From positions 1 through 57,039 of the forward strand of contig KZ538640.1 in NCBI GenBank assembly GCA_000934665.2: a stretch of 57,039 nt of DNA, given 5' to 3'. A program made the translations under genes and the position numbers. Below, piece after piece: positions 23,811-38,309 of this stretch. This DNA is from Catajapyx aquilonaris (taxonomy: Eukaryota). The notes beneath the pieces are model-generated. The model was not told the origin of the DNA, searched no databases, and worked only from the letters and a program-made list of their open reading frames with translations. Within the stretch, counting starts at the first letter, position 1; each line of letters begins with the position of its first letter.

Positions 23811-25026
23811 ATCATCTTTTAATAGACCGACTTTAATCATTTGCCTGTAATGTGATGGATTTTGATAGTGGGAGGAAACGGGAGAACCCCGAGAATATTC
23901 ATGTGGCTAAGTTCACCCAGCCGGCCAACGTCACCCCATTTGAAGGTATCTAAACATCTGGAATTGTTTACAGGAGAAATAAGCATAATTACGTATATGA
24001 TGATGGTAGATCTGCTTGCAGGTTGCAACATGTTGGTGGGAGAACGTGGGAGAAAGAATATATTGGGGAGTTCGCTATGGCAGAAAGGATATATGAAGGA
24101 AAATATTGCTAAATATATCCATACCTCTCCTGGTGTTGGAAATTGAAGGAATGGGAAGCAGAAGGGGAATGTGGAGGGAAGTAGTGAAAAGGAGGATGAA
24201 GTAGAGTACTCATTTGGTTACTACTGTTGCTCTTGGTATTTCATATAGCAACGGCTGTACCGATTAAACGCGTAGACCTTATACCATCAGCATATTGTTT
24301 TTATGGCTTAGTTTTCCAAGTACGACATCAATCAGTGAAATTGGACCTGGGGAATTTTGATTCCGACGATATGCATCACATTCTCTGCTTTAGTGTTTCA
24401 TAATGTTTCAGACAAACTTCTGGGAGGAGCTCCTCGGCACCAGAGGATAACGTAATGCATAAGAAGCAGTTGAGTTCCACATCTTTGTTACACTGATACA
24501 CTGAGAAAATTAGTATTGATCAAGGAGTCCTATATGATGACATCTCGTATAATTATGGCAGATACTCTCTACGACACTACCATCGGGTTGATGCTGCGCG
24601 CTACACCCAATAATATTTTCATTGAAATGAAAATATCTTTGTAACAGCTCTACCTATAATTATTTTAAGATAAAAGGCATGGTCGTGGTGAGAGACATAT
24701 TTTGTGTTTGAAGCCCATTAGCTCGGTAACAACTCTGCGGAGACCAAATTATCACAACGTGATCCTCTGGTTTTCAGGAGTTCACCCTAGAAGTTTGTTT
24801 TGATCATTATGAAACACCTACAATTTAGAACAGGATTCCCATTATTGTTAGAGATTTGCTTTTACTAAAATAATCCTACCCCACTTTTCGTTCCTCAGCA
24901 AGGCAAAGGTAACATTTGTAATCGCATGCCCGATAATTGCTTTTTAACTTCTGTATTTATCAACGTGGTAGTTTCTGCCAAAATAGCCTTGAGCTTTCCG
25001 TTTCGTACAGTACTACCCCAATAATA

Positions 25027-25588
25027 CAGGGTGTAACAAGGCCCCATGCTGAAATTTTAAAGGTGGGTAGGGGACCCCAAAACAAACATTTTTACCAATG
25101 AACCCACCCTCTAAAATAATCACAAATTCACTTAAATCGATATCTGGTTAGTGCCTGTAATAACAGTTATGTGGTTGCTGCTACTCTACAGTAGCGTTGT
25201 CATGGCAGTGTTGACAAGTTATTGTCAGTACAAATGTCAGTAAAATACATAATTCAGTGTTGTTTCCAATTCTACTACTGGAGATAAGAACGTTGTACCA
25301 TTCCTGCAATCCTGCAATAAAGGTGGTGGTGGGTTTCATGTCAGCGTTCACTGATTTGTGGTGGTGACGACCTTTTACAGTACTGTACTAAATTTTCAAC
25401 ACTACCATGCCAACGCTACTGTAGAGTATAGCAGCACTCGCAGCAGCACTGTTACTACAGGCACTAACCAGTTATAGATTTAAGTGAATTTCATGATTTT
25501 TAAGAGGGTGGGTTCATTGGTCAAAAATGTTTGTTTTGGGGTCCCCTATCCACCTTAAAATTTTTGCATGGAGTCTTGTTACACCCTG
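25027..25588. mobile_element. Tc1/mariner-type MITE with ~200 bp TIRs
   Basis: TA|CAGGGTGTAACAAG...CTTGTTACACCCTG|TA; the arms align to ~25230 and ~25390. Confidence 0.9.
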
Positions 25589-25604
25589 TATATTCGTTTG
25601 TATA

Positions 25605-25930
25605 CGAGGTCTGATCAAAAAGTATCCGGCCTTAAGACTTTCACAAACTCGACATTGTAAGAACGGAGCGTGTGGTGTTGCGTGTGATGGCCGAGCGTTG
25701 TTTGAGCTGACCCGAAAGCAATTCCGAGGTTATTTCCCATCTCTCTAATGGTTAATCGACGGTTTTCCATCATCAAAGCATGAAATAACTGGATAATTCA
25801 AGGTTTCCTGCTTGTTGACAGCCTGCTAGAAAGCATGGTCGCTATCATCTGCTATTCGACCATATTTGAAACGATTGTGCCAGTCTTTTATTTATTAATT
25901 ACCCCAATTACTTCATTCTCAAAAGTCTGC
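25605..25930. mobile_element. mariner fragment: TIR plus inverted N-terminal coding piece
   Basis: TA|CGAGGTCTGATCAAAAAGTATCCGG is a mariner-type end. The minus strand at 25892-25803 reads IKDWHNRFKYGRIADDSDH/SSRLSTSR (mariner HTH and GRPS region). Confidence 0.7.
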
Positions 25931-28071
25931 ACACAACAACAGAACACCAGCTGCTTGTCCACAACTAAGTCTTTTGGTAGTAACCTACTGAAAAATTAAT
26001 GCATGTGCACTAAGGGTCATAGGAGCTTGGAGGTAGGGTTGAGTGAAGTAAGGCAACAAGTTCCTGAGAGAGAAAAAATGTCGGCGGACCCTTTGTGATA
26101 TGATCTCTCTGTTGTAAAGCTCCATATTTTCTCACTATACCTTCTTCCCATTTCTGCTTACATATTCCCGTCTTTACTGTTTGTCTCATTTTAGATCTTA
26201 CAAAATAGCCCCTGATACACTGTACTACTATCAGACTACTATCCCTGTGTAGTGCAACTTTCAGTTGGAAACTGACGTAACTCCTTCACCCTCGACATCT
26301 TTTGAGTCTAGTTTCCAAGACTCTGATCCGCCTTGTTTGTCTTTCACTCTCCCTCCTCCCTCAACTCTCCTTTCACAAAGTTGTCTCTGTGTACATTTTC
26401 GTGTTTCATGAAGCTTGCTTGCCCCTTTCATCTTGATTCTGGGAAGTTGAGGTGCTGCCTGAATATGCATGACAGCACTAGCAGCATTAGCACGTGTTTT
26501 CTCGAGTACTCTGCTAAGGGCGAGTTCATAATTCATTCGCCTTGTTGACTACCCACCCATGATGAGTCGAACAATGAGTGGTGCTATTTGTTTGTATTGA
26601 CATTGGGTCCCATTTCAACACATGCCAAGGTGTGCCTTACCTTGTAGTGTACCCTGTTAAATTATTTCATTTTGGTAGTCTTGGCAGGATGGCAAAACAT
26701 CAAGCCATTCATAATTTTGTTTAATGTTGGACGGATTTGCAGAGTCAAGCTGAGCCAAAGGGGACTAGTGTTGACCCAGTGCATGTTACATCTAGCAGGT
26801 CCACCCGTAGCTCTTGTGTTGTTTCATTTATTTATGCGTCAGCGCCCCAAGCGTCAGACACGTAACACTTTAATCTGTCTCAGCCCATGTTTACCTCCAC
26901 CTTAACTCGGGAGTAGTTGCACTTTGCCTTCGCAATTTTGGTATACATTACACTGTTATATCTGGTGAACCTTACAGCTAATCGAAGCTGTCACACTAAA
27001 CCCAATGGCAAATCCCGCCAATCTCTCTATTTGGACGTACTACAACCTCGTTATATGCAGATGTCGCGCCCTGAGGCGAATACCGCGCCACCTGCATCTG
27101 GCTTGAACATTCACTGTTCTCATATGGAGGCCCGCAATGCTATACATGTGTCAAATCTGCAGCGAAGGTGAATCAAGAGCTATTTTCTACCCAGCAACTA
27201 AACGTCGATTATAAGGCTATATAATAGTCTCACTCTGCACTTTCAAGTACCGGTACTTCCTATCTCTTTCAAATTTCCAACAACAATTAGTTCTGCACTA
27301 TGCAGCTCTTCTATCCCAATCCAGCTTTTTTGGCAGTTTTGCAGTCACGTCCAGTTTAATTAATTCAATCAAGACGATATCTTCAATATGCAGTGCTCCA
27401 TCTTTTTTTCCCCCCTCCTCTTCTCATTCATCCCTTTTTACCCACAGGAATGTGGCTCACAAAAATCTTGGCTTTTTATAGCAGCCATTTTTTCTTTCAC
27501 TCCTCACCAAGATTTCGTACTCGTATTTTAATGAAAATTTTCTCCCTGAGTTCACGTGACGTTTGCACCCTTTCTTCACGGCCCTTTTCGCTAATGGCTC
27601 ATTATCTGCCCTTCCACCAGAACACGAGTCCGAGGTGGGAATAGTCTCAGCTGCACTGTACCCCCCACCACCACCACCACCCAGTGGCCCCTACACCCCG
27701 CACCCACACTCCCCAACACCACACCTAATCTTTCCTACTTTGTCTTGCTGCTGACATATCGAGCTGTTTATAGGTGCCCGAAAATAGGCGGCGTTCCGAC
27801 TCGCCTCCGAACACGGCCGTAAGTCGCTGCTGATTTATTGTGAAATTAAATTATAAGTGATAACTGGGAGCATATCGACTCTGCAGCAGGAAATTGGATA
27901 ATGTTCTCTGCTCCTTGTGCTTACGGCCATCGACGTAAACTTTTGCGAGGAGGGTGCAGAGAGAAAGCCTTCTTAATTATTTCGGCAGTGCTCTGGCAGA
28001 AACAATCCAATCACGTTCAGGTCTGCAGGATTTCTTACAGTTCGTCATTGTGTCAAACAAATCCACCAAGT

Positions 28072-28083
28072 NNNNNNNNNNNN
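28072..28083. other. assembly gap (N run) next to poly-G
   Basis: 12 N characters. Confidence 1.
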
Positions 28084-29149
28084 GGGGGGGGGGGGGTCTG
28101 TTTTGTACAAAATATATCGTTCTTAGAATGTGCTACAGTAACGGGATCAACGATTTCATTATCTATTCTCTGTTTGATCTATATCAATATTTGACCTTTT
28201 GGATGCCTTCGAGTTATATGAGATGCATGGTAAAGTAGTGGGAATTTGGTAGAAGTCAAAAGGAAAAGGGAAGAGCTGTAATGGAGGACAATTTTTATGT
28301 ATACAGTGCATTCACTGTATGCCTACTGCCACTTATTGCCGTCAGGAAGTAAAAATTATGGCCAAATGTACTGTATAACTAGATATTTGACTCATCTGAC
28401 AGCCTTGCTCGAAACAGTGTGTGGGTGTAACGAATCAACGCTATTTTAGTGCAGTTTCTCGTATCCTAAGGCAAGGAAAAGCTCTGTTTATATATTTCGT
28501 AAAATTGTTTTTCTCGATCATACGTATTCTGTAACATAGTGATAACAGTCGGGTATTTGGCAAAGTTAATATATTTTGATTGTCAGAAATATGTCGTATG
28601 CTGCATAATATGTCGCCCTTAAATGTGTGATCTATTTATCAAAATTACTGCATTTACTGGCTATAACTTGTGCCTCGTGGCAATCTTTTTACAAATCGCA
28701 ACGCCTTCCTGTGCTTGAAGTATTTTTGTAGGGTCACTAGGGTGTGTTGTGTTGAAATATTATTTCCAATACGTTATGACCTAAGAAGTCTCAGGTTTTG
28801 TTCTGATCGACTCAGCCCAGACATAATCTTATCTCTTTCCACATGATTGTGAAAGTTTCTACATCCGACCAGAGAATAGAACCATGAAAATAATAGTGGA
28901 GTAGATGTACAATTTTCTGAATCTCTGATTTTGTTTTATGCAGGGTATGACAGGAGCCCCTTTCCATATTTATAATGGTGCAACTGACTCTTTGATCGTT
29001 TGGAGTTATAATACTGTCAAGAGATACAGTATTCAAAGGTTTACACAATGAACAATTTTCCTATATTTGTGGCAAACACATGCTATAATTTATGCATGAA
29101 ATGTTCATCAGCGATCCTTGAACGCTTATGAATTCAAATCGATCGTATA

Positions 29150-30060
29150 CAGTAAAACCTCAATATAACGCTCTTCAAGGGACCAACCCAAACCAGCGTT
29201 ATAAGCGGGATAGCGTTATATGCGGGAAATACTATTTAATTCACATTTTTCTCAGGAAACGAGCGCCTTCACTGTTTCTATGTAGATGGATGCTTATAAA
29301 ATAAACCACGTTGGCCTGACTTGACCTGCCCACGTACAGTCTTTCTCGAAAGTTTAGGACCATCCCCACCCAAAGGTTTTTCATCTCTCAAGCTTAAGCT
29401 TATTATATGACGGTAGCATACGAAACGAACGGAACGGTCAGACACAAAAGCGAGGGGCTTGGCTTAGTCTCCGGATCCCGCAGCGCATGCGCTGTGCTTG
29501 AGCTCTCTGGCAGGACTCTCCCTGGGGCTCTCCCTCCGTTCGGACCGGTACCCTTCTCTTCTCCCGTCTCCCCAGGCCCGCTTCCCCCGGCTCCAGCGTC
29601 GCGACTAAGATCCTTCGTCCTGCCCCCGCCAGAGGCGCTGCCCCCAATTTCCCTTTCACTTTCGCTCGCCACACCCCTGCCGCTTTCCTGGCTCTTCCAT
29701 TGGTGGATAGGTCTATAAGCCACCGTATTCCGTGTCCGTCAGAAGTTGATTCCTTTCGTATTTTCCGTTTAGTAATCCCTTTCACTTTTCGTCATCCTCA
29801 AGTGGGCTCTGATTGGTCCACTCTTTCGGCTTGTTCTTTTCGTATGCTACCGTCAGCTAGTGTGAACCCGCCTTTAGAATATTTTCAATTTCCGTCACTT
29901 TCCTCCCCACAATAGCGATTATGGGAAGGAAAGTGACGGAAATTGACGTTATATGCGGGATAAGTTTCTCTGGGGACCAGGGAAATCGAGCGGTATATGC
30001 GGGATAACGTAAAAAACGGGATAGCGTTATATGTGGGAGCATTATATCGAGGTTTTACTG
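29150..30060. mobile_element. pogo/Tigger-type non-autonomous element
   Basis: TA|CAGTAAAACCTCAATATAACG...CATTATATCGAGGTTTTACTG|TA. Subterminal GCGTTATATGCGGGA repeats occur at both ends. Confidence 0.9.
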
Positions 30061-30899
30061 TAGTATGTTATGCCGAAAAGTGGAGGTGCAAAAACATAGT
30101 ACAGCAGAATCCTTAGCTAAAATTGGCAATTATAAAATCGAAGTTGACACAACAAAATGACTGACTTTAGGTGCCTAAAGTCAGGAACTGGTTATTATAG
30201 GTTTGCATCCGAATACTTCCTATTACTATGTAAATATCTGCATTGATCAACAATCGAGACCAAACTTCAATTGCCGTGGGACCCCGGCTGGAACGTGTGT
30301 AATTATACTCATATATTTTGATTAAAGTTCACTTTGCAGTAACTGTGGAAATACGGTAGTACTTTTACACTAGTGGTACAAAATCATGTAAATTCAGTAT
30401 CGACATTTTGGATCAATGTTGCTGATTTTTTACGGTTCCAAATCTAATACATATTTCACAACGTATGTTACCGAATCAAATCAGGAGGCCTCGACATATG
30501 CCCAAGGGCCAGGGGATCACTAGGGGTAGTTATTAGCACACTGGAGTTGACCGACTTGACCTCCGAGGTCATCCTTGGCCGCAGTAGACGAAACTACTGG
30601 TTTGGAGTCTACAACACATGAAGTGTTGCATAGCAATGTGATAAACTAAGAATTCTCATGACCAGTGGAATTCCAGTACGGACGTTGATCAGGCTACGTG
30701 TTGAAATTCTCCGTTTTGGATGTGTGTGAGATTCAATTAACTCTATGTACTGTATGTAAGAATAGAGGTTGTGGTTTGTTTCCTCTGGCAACCTGTCGTA
30801 TGTTACAGGTATGCCAACATTGTATAGCCATAATTCTTACAAAGGTAACTGCCAAATCAATGAGTTACTCCTGTTCAGTGCGGCTTAACGTCAGCCTAT

Positions 30900-31140
30900 T
30901 TCTGCCGCAAGGCTCAACACCGACGCCAGGGGGTGGTCCTCCTCCTGAAAATTTGGCCACTCAGGGGATCTTTAACGTGCACTCGTGCAATGTCACAAGC
31001 ACACGGGACCGACGGCTTTACTTCCCCTCCGAAGGAAAGCGCACTCCCACTTTTCCACCACCCACCCGGAGAAAAGTCACCGACCTCGGCCGGGTTCGAA
31101 CCCACAACTTTGGGACCAGAGGCGAGCGCGCTAACTCTTA
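30900..31140 (-). mobile_element. tRNA-derived SINE with a Meta-like central domain
   Basis: GGGATCTTTAACGTGC...GGGACCGACGGCTTTACTTCCCCTCCGAAGGAA and a reverse box B CGGGTTCGAACCC. It resembles widespread arthropod SINEs. Confidence 0.75.
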
Positions 31141-31149
31141 TGGAAAAGT

Positions 31150-31360
31150 ATTTCATCACCCGAGCAACGCCGGGTATCCTGCTAGTAACTTATATAATCA
31201 GAAAAGTAACTGAACTAAAGAATTTTGGGCCCATACACACCACCCAGGTAAAGAGTGTACCAAATTTCATCCTTGAAACGAGTCAAAAAGTTGGAGGAAA
31301 ACGTGCACACAGACATCACATGGCTTATATCATATAGGATAGGATCTGATAGGATAGGAT
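31150..31360 (+). mobile_element. Helitron-like 3' end and adjacent non-autonomous Helitron fragment
   Basis: Hairpin ACCCGAGCAACGCCGGGT followed by CTAG|T (31182-31186). Downstream are GTACCAAATTTCATCC and (GATAG)n. Confidence 0.55.
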
Positions 31361-32883
31361 GATGATGATGTCGCAGTTCTGACTTGCACTTCCACAGTTC
31401 CAGCTGTCATTTCACTTTTACTGTCGGCATTATTTGGCACCATTTCCACCAAACATTTTACGTGCCATAGTCTCAGTGACAGAATAGCAACCGGATATAG
31501 TGCAGAACTTGGGGGTTATCCAATCTGGTTCAAACGAGGCACTATTCAACAATTCTGCTTCTGATTAGAGTTTTACATTTTCAGGAACCCCCTCGAAAAT
31601 GGGCATGTTTGACTCCTCTCGAAGTGAATATTGACTGATCCTGGATCCCTTTTATTATGAAACACGCCCTCTTCCTGTAGGCCCCCAAAATCATTTCTCC
31701 ACTAGACAAAAGCGAGAAGACCATGAAAGGCGTTCAACATGGGATACGGACATATCGTTATCGTCGTACTTTTTATCCATCCCACACTGTTATTCTTTGT
31801 CTCTCCTGCTATCTCGCCAAGAGATAATACCTTTTTTAAAATCCTACTGTAGCAGAGAGGAAATTGTGAGATATAGGTGATCAGGGCATGCCATGCCTGT
31901 GTAATGCTGGTGCCTGGAGGCATGCTGTAAAAATGAGAGGCCTACCCATAGTGGTGGAATTATTCGCAATTTATTGTCTTAGTGATGTATTGCGGCATAT
32001 GGGAAAGGCTAGAAAATGTGTCAACACCGGTCGTAAATCACAGTGTAGATAGGGCATATTTTGCGACAGCTAACGCAGTGCGCCATTTCCGGGCCAATCA
32101 AACAATCCAATCTAATTTAGATCCATGTAACGGAAACCTATCAAATCATCGACCTCTGATTTTGGTTATTTGTCAACAGAGAATTGCGTGCCAATTCAGG
32201 TATGCACGGGTACATTTCCCCTAATTTCTCGGAACAAAACATTCTCTCAGTAATAGGCTATTTGCTGATGTAATTGCCTCTGTGCATTTCCCGGTTATGC
32301 GTCGCTTCGCCCTGTAAGTTTAGGGCTAGCCCTCTGCTGCGCTGAAAATTTTTGTGCTTGAACTAGTTTCTAAAGTAAATTAGAACTTGGGACGTTTTTT
32401 TCTCTGTAGGATATATGCTGGGTTTCACTATTTCTTTTACGCCAAAAATATGCGAAGGCTCTAATTTAAATATTGCGCATTCCGAAATTAAGTAGTCTTT
32501 GACCGTAAATATTTTCTAGTAATTTCCTGTAAAATTGAACGCATATTTTAGCTATGACTTCACACTGTCGATGGAGCAGTTTTCGGACTGTCATATTTTA
32601 TAAGCCTATGTCAAGCCTCTCACCTTCAGCCAATTCCTTTGTGTCTTGGTCGCCTGCCTAGGTGGTAAAACAAAGTCGTGTAGGCCACTCGTTTCAAGGT
32701 CTGGGCCATGGTCTGAGTACTAAAAGATGCCCCACTTGAAGTGTTCCAGACTTTGGGTAATTTCCGAGCGTGAACTGTCATTTTGTAGTCAGACACTGCC
32801 GTGCGGTTATTCTCCATAAATTAAAGCGGAAGATATTTTAGCATTACCTACCGGTACTCAATAGGGTCCAAACCATGTACTGT

Positions 32884-33945
32884 CAGTGCCGGATCTACGA
32901 AATTTCGGAGGGGGGGCAGAAACCTTTCCTGCCGCCCCCCACCCCCACCCCCGCGGTTTTAAAGTTTGGTTTCATTTTTGTGACATGGATCTTCTGGGTG
33001 CTTCAGGCAGTTGAGCACGCAGAATGTTCTTTTGGGGGGCTGGCAGGCGAGGAAGCCCGCCGCAGGCGAATTTTTTTTTGTGTTCAAGGTCACACAAGCA
33101 GAAAGAAATAGCATCTTCAGGGTTGTTTTGCATTTCTGGGAAAAAGTCCCTAAGATGCACTACAGTTTTGACTACCAGTCCAAATAATATACTGTTTGCA
33201 GATATTTTCGTAATGAACGCACATCTTGTCATTGTCCCGGACAATACACAAGAGAAGGAGGGTTAGCATGAAAGCTTTCTGATTCGCGACCACCACTTCC
33301 AATTCAACCCTACCTCTTTGGTGGTAGTTAATTACAATAATCGCTAAATTAACACATCTCGTTTACGGGCAAATTTTCTAGAGAGATAGAATCACTTTGC
33401 ACAAATAACCTTTCTCGCGACCCAAAGTTGGGGTCGCGACCGCAAAACGGAAAAGAACACACAGACGGCGGCGGATTTCCCATTAGGCACAGTAGGCACT
33501 GGCCTAGGGGCGGACGCCCTGCAGGGGCGGCCGCGAGTTGCAATAAATAATATTTATCAAATATAATAATAGGAAATTAAAGCGAGATCACAAAGAAAAT
33601 CGAATTTTTGAGAGCTTGATTTACCACTAGAGGCAGAAAAGGGCATTGCCGAAGGGCGGCCGCCCTCTGGCCGGATATAACTTTCAATATAATATTTTAA
33701 AATAAAATAACATTAAATGAAGGAGATAACACAATAAAAAAATTGCATTTTTAGGCGTCAGGCCGGGGGGAGGGGCGGCAGTATCTCAAGTGCCTAAGGG
33801 CGGCCGGGGGGTAAATCCGGAGCTGCACACAGAACAGTGCAATGTGCATGTGACAAATTCATTTCCAGGGGCAAGAATGCCGCCCCCACCTTCTTGCCGC
33901 CCGGGGCAGGTGCCCCCGTTTGCCCCCCCCCTAGATCCGGCCCTG
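32884..33945. mobile_element. hAT-type non-autonomous element (outer)
   Basis: TIRs CAGTGCCGGATCTA and TAGATCCGGCCCTG; perfect 8 bp TSD TGTACTGT (32876-32883 and 33946-33953). Confidence 0.9.
33466..33825. mobile_element. hAT-type MITE nested in the outer hAT element
   Basis: 8 bp TSD CACACAGA (33458-33465 and 33826-33833); imperfect TIRs CGGCGGCGGATTTCC and GTAAATCCGGAGCTG. Confidence 0.85.
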
Positions 33946-36762
33946 TGTACTGTACAGACCTTGCACCAAGTGATGTAGTGATCTTCATATGTTCACCAAC
34001 TAGATAAAATATTTGGCATGTGAGAATAATTGGAGTGACCAAAAGATAAATACGGAATGTATTTAGCGGCGATAGTGCTGGATATATGCGTACAGTATCA
34101 TAATTCGAAAAATATTGAGCGGCATGGGGTTGTGTGTGGTGGTAACTAAAAGTAGAAACTATGTGTAATCATGTAGCTACGTTAAATTTTGTGGAAAATT
34201 TGTAAAAACATCTTTATGGCCAAACACTGATACAGTAATACAACAGGCGCCTGTATACTTATATGTATATATGCAAGATATGCAATTACGTGTATATAGG
34301 CAGAAATGTTGACGCATATAATATCTTGCAGTATGCGCATTATGCAAAGGAAAATCAATAAACAGGATCCTTTTACTTTTTGCAAACTCATTCAAGTGAA
34401 AAGTCCTCAGGTGTTATGACTTATGAGTAATACATAATATCATTAGCAGCTTTTCGACATAATATAGGCCTACACGTGTCAAAATCTGTGACAAAATATG
34501 ACAGTACCCCTGGATCTTTATTTCTCTCTGAAGGCGAGTTATTTGTGCGAAAATATGCCCACCTGGCTGCCCCTTTCATGCGACAAACAGAGCTTGTTTC
34601 TGGTCAAATTAGTCTAGTAGTCACTGATCACAGATAAGTATAGTTTTTAATTCATATCATAAGAATTTTGTTAACAATTAACGTTACCTGCTCAAGTTCC
34701 ACACACCAGTAATTTCCAAATCGATATTTGAACTTAGATGCCGCATGTGACGTGGAGGAATTGTCATAAACAACTCCACCGAAATTCACAAAGCGCTTAT
34801 ATCGACGACAACTATCAAAACGAGATTGTGCTACTAAATCCCCACTATACTCAGGAAGCGAAGAAAATATATGGCCCATTTTTTTTTGCACACATCGCAA
34901 ACGACCTAAGAACCAGATCCTTAGCCACAGGGCAACCATTTCCATAGACCCTGATAGCTGTCGGATAATAGGAGCCTTGAACACGTCCTAATGGAAATTA
35001 CAATCTGCATTTGCATACAACGTGGCTCCAGAAGGTACAATAAAGTGGATGGGTTGTAGGAGGGGGGGGTGAAGCTCCCACTCATCTTGTAGCTTCTTCT
35101 GAAAGAGCATTCCCCTGCACCAACCCACCCCCCTCCTATCTTCCTCCCCTGCCCCCCCTCAGGCCCGTTCGTATTCCATTGCCCCCATCTCCTCATCATC
35201 AATACAAAAGCCAAGTCTGCACCGGGAGCAAGTTGGGGAATTCTTTTCCGAGGGAAAAACACAATGTGCCATCATCATCCCCGAGACCTCCCCGCTCCTA
35301 ACACGAAACCGATCGTGATAATTGCATGGATGCGGTGCAAAAGGAAGCTATGCGGGCAAATGTAAGAGAGCTCTCGAGAGGGTGGCGGCCAAAGAGGGGG
35401 AAGGCGGGGAGGGAAGCTCCGTTTCAGATAAAGCACGCCTGTTTGCTTCCTAATGGCCGAATTACCCCGATACTTTTCAGAGTTTCTCCAAAGATCCTGG
35501 AGTCGTAAGCGAGGATGGACCAGGATTGCAACTATGCTTCTCCTGCCATTGTTACGGAGCATGCCTCCCTCCCTCCCACCCTCCCCCTCTGCTATTATCT
35601 AGATTTCGAGAGACGAGCGATTTTCAAACTTATGCCGGTAGGGTATGTTCGGAGAATGAGCTAACAATTCTGGGAGTGTGGATGGAAGGGAACAGAGCTC
35701 GTGTCGGGAATGGGGTTGCAAAATTTTGGGTGGGGGATGGAGGGGAGGGAGAGATGTGGCAAAAACTTCAGGGGAGGATGAGTTGTGTGGTAGGAGGTAC
35801 AGTATTTTGCACACAAGATATTCTGCCATTCGAGCTTCTACGATATGGGGAAAGTGACGGAATACACCATCCTTTTCAGGTAAGAACACAATTTTGAACA
35901 CTATGGAAGTAACTTGACCCTTGCGTGATAATTTTTGTTTCCAAATATGGAGATGTATTCTAGCACCAGTTTGAGATTTTGGGGTATTCGCGAGAACACG
36001 AATTTGAATTGTGCGAGAGTGCTATTCGAAATGATTACCAAGTGCAGAGTAGGACTTTCAGGTGGATTTCATGTGGCTTCTGGTCTAGGCCAAACATCGA
36101 GAGGATAATATTGTTGATTTTAACCTTTGGGCTTTGTGTAATTCATTATTAGGCGTTTATGTCAGGTTGTTTGATAAGCTTCGGCATTATAACGTGTACG
36201 CCCTGAATGTTAGCTTGATATCCGATATGGTGGTGGAATCTCGCATACGATCGCAAAATTTGACTGATCTGCAGAAGCGGCGAGGTTCCTCGAGATTTCA
36301 ACGTATAGGCTATGGGGTTCCGAGGGTGCTTTTGAAACTTACAGTACATGCGGGTCTACTCACAAACCGACTAAGTTAGTAATAAAAAAATATCACGTAC
36401 TGAAAAATTACTTTAACTAAAATGTAAGATTAAAGAAATAATAAACAGTGATAATGTCAAAAGGCATACCGCAACGTTCGCGTACCGTATTGTACCTAGT
36501 AAAGAATTTCGGTTTGTTTGCTTTTTCTCGCATTTATCAAAGCCTGCTATTCACCATTGTATCGCTGATGTGTGTGGATGATCACAGGGTTTATCATCAA
36601 ATGTGTGACACATACCTTAACTACTGTATGTAGAAATGATTTTGTGCCATCAAGAGAAAGAAATGACCATGTCATTATCTGATGTCTATAACAAAAGAAA
36701 ATACCAGCGACACCTAAGTGACCTACAGCACTTCACTCTCCTGTGCGTTCCGAGTATTGGGT

Positions 36763-37790
36763 TCCATTTAGTTGTCGCACATCGCCCGAAGTTGTTATTT
36801 TTGTGTAGCCTTTTGCGACCCAATAGAGGTACCCAATTGTACAGGGTGATTCAAAATACTTGTGCGGTTGCTATAGCTATTTTTGTGACTAAGCTGCTTT
36901 TTAATCAGTTACTTTTGCATATTTATTTTAATGGTTATTAAAAGTATCAGCTGCTAATATTAGGATACGTGGACTAATCTTTTTTAAAGCCTACAAAGGG
37001 GGTCTGGTGTGCACAAAGAGGGTTCTGCCATTGAGATGCCTAGCTTTGGCCTGGGATTTGGGTAATTTGTACACGAATAGCTCAACCATACATATAAACC
37101 TACATTCCACCACTTTTCGGCACCAAAATGTCATTCCTCGATAAATTATCGGGGGTTTAAAAGTCACTCGAAAATTGGCGGGAAAAACGGGGGCGTGGCC
37201 TCGGACAACAGTGACGTCAGCAGGTCGTTGGCTCACGGTCGTTCGATTCGGCTGATTGGCTGATTGGCGGTCGTTCGATTCCGCCAACAAAGCAACGATG
37301 TTTTTTTTACAACAGTGACGTCAGAGGGCAATACGATACCGTATAATTATTATGATCTTAGATAGATCATAGCTCGAAAACTAATACGTATATCTTCAAA
37401 CAAAAAACACAAATTCATTTTAAAATAATGAAGATTTTTTACATGGGTTTGCAAAATGTACCCCATTGTTCCAATGGGTCACTCCTAATCGGAAATACTT
37501 TTGTAGTTAAGAGCCTGAAGGGATGATTCAGTTCGGTGTAGTGTTATCAGTTAATACTTTTAATAACCATTAAAAGTAGCTAAACAAATGTATCTACTTG
37601 GAAATAAGCAGCCCAGCGACAAAAATTGAAAAATAGCCATAGCAATCAGACAAGTACTCTGGTACAGCTGCTGTAGCATACTCGACAACACCTGGGAATG
37701 ATTGGGCACCTCGATCGGGGAGTAAAAAAACTACACAAAAATAATAACTTCGGACAATTTGCGCTAACTAAAAGGACTTGGAGAACACAC
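36763..37790. mobile_element. degenerate long-TIR element: Tc1-type MITE 36842-37673 inside an older inverted repeat
   Basis: TA|CAGGGTG at 36842. TTTAATGGTTATTAAAAGTAT pairs with ATACTTTTAATAACCATTAAA. The outer CCGAAGTTGTTATTTTTGTGTAG pairs with CTACACAAAAATAATAACTTCGG. Confidence 0.7.
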
Positions 37791-37894
37791 CGTATTCTCC
37801 ATTACTCACTGTGCCCTCCAGCCCACGTTCCAGCCCTCCTTATTCTTGTATAGGAGCACAAGTAATGGTTTCTAATGCACAGTTAGAGCTGATT

Positions 37895-38309
37895 TTTTTT
37901 AGATATACCCCGTGCTAGAGCCCTAGGCTCTCTTAGGGGAGGGGAGTACCACTTTCGTGCAGGGGACAGGGTAGGGATAGGGAGGGGGGACACTGGTGCA
38001 TGTGCAATGTCATAAAGTAGGGGTCATGTGCAGTCCCTCAGAGGGCCCGTTCGCCATAGATGACCCCCCCTAGATGCGGGTCAGATGCGGGTCAGAAGCT
38101 CCCCACTGAACACCGCACCTCCTTCAGGGCAGGGAAAGGAAAGAAGCGGATGTGGCCTATTTTACAGTACGATCCCGGAAATTTTTCCTGAGGCGACCTT
38201 GGGAAACCACAGAAAACCAAGGTCAGGATCGCCGGCCTCTGGGATTCGAACCCAGGACCTCCCGATTAGCAATCGGACACCATATCCACCCCACCACTAC
38301 TGCTTCGGT
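37895..38309 (-). mobile_element. chimeric SINE (B head and body plus A-type body and tail), copy 1
   Basis: TSD CAGTTA(G/C)AGCTGATT (37880-37894 and 38310-38324). The B head is followed by the A-like ...CTGACCCGCATCTAGG...GCACATGACCCC...CATTGCAC. Confidence 0.9.

Noticed and set aside
23990..24200. LINE 3' fragment resembling 47290-47560
   Set aside because: Only a short shared GGTGGGA...GTGGGAGAAA motif; no RT motif is recoverable.
29403..29785. Overlapping 100+ aa ORFs
   Set aside because: This is the GC-rich interior of a Tigger-type element with no recognisable domain.
30698..31337. 171 aa and 134 aa ORFs
   Set aside because: They read through a SINE and a Helitron fragment.
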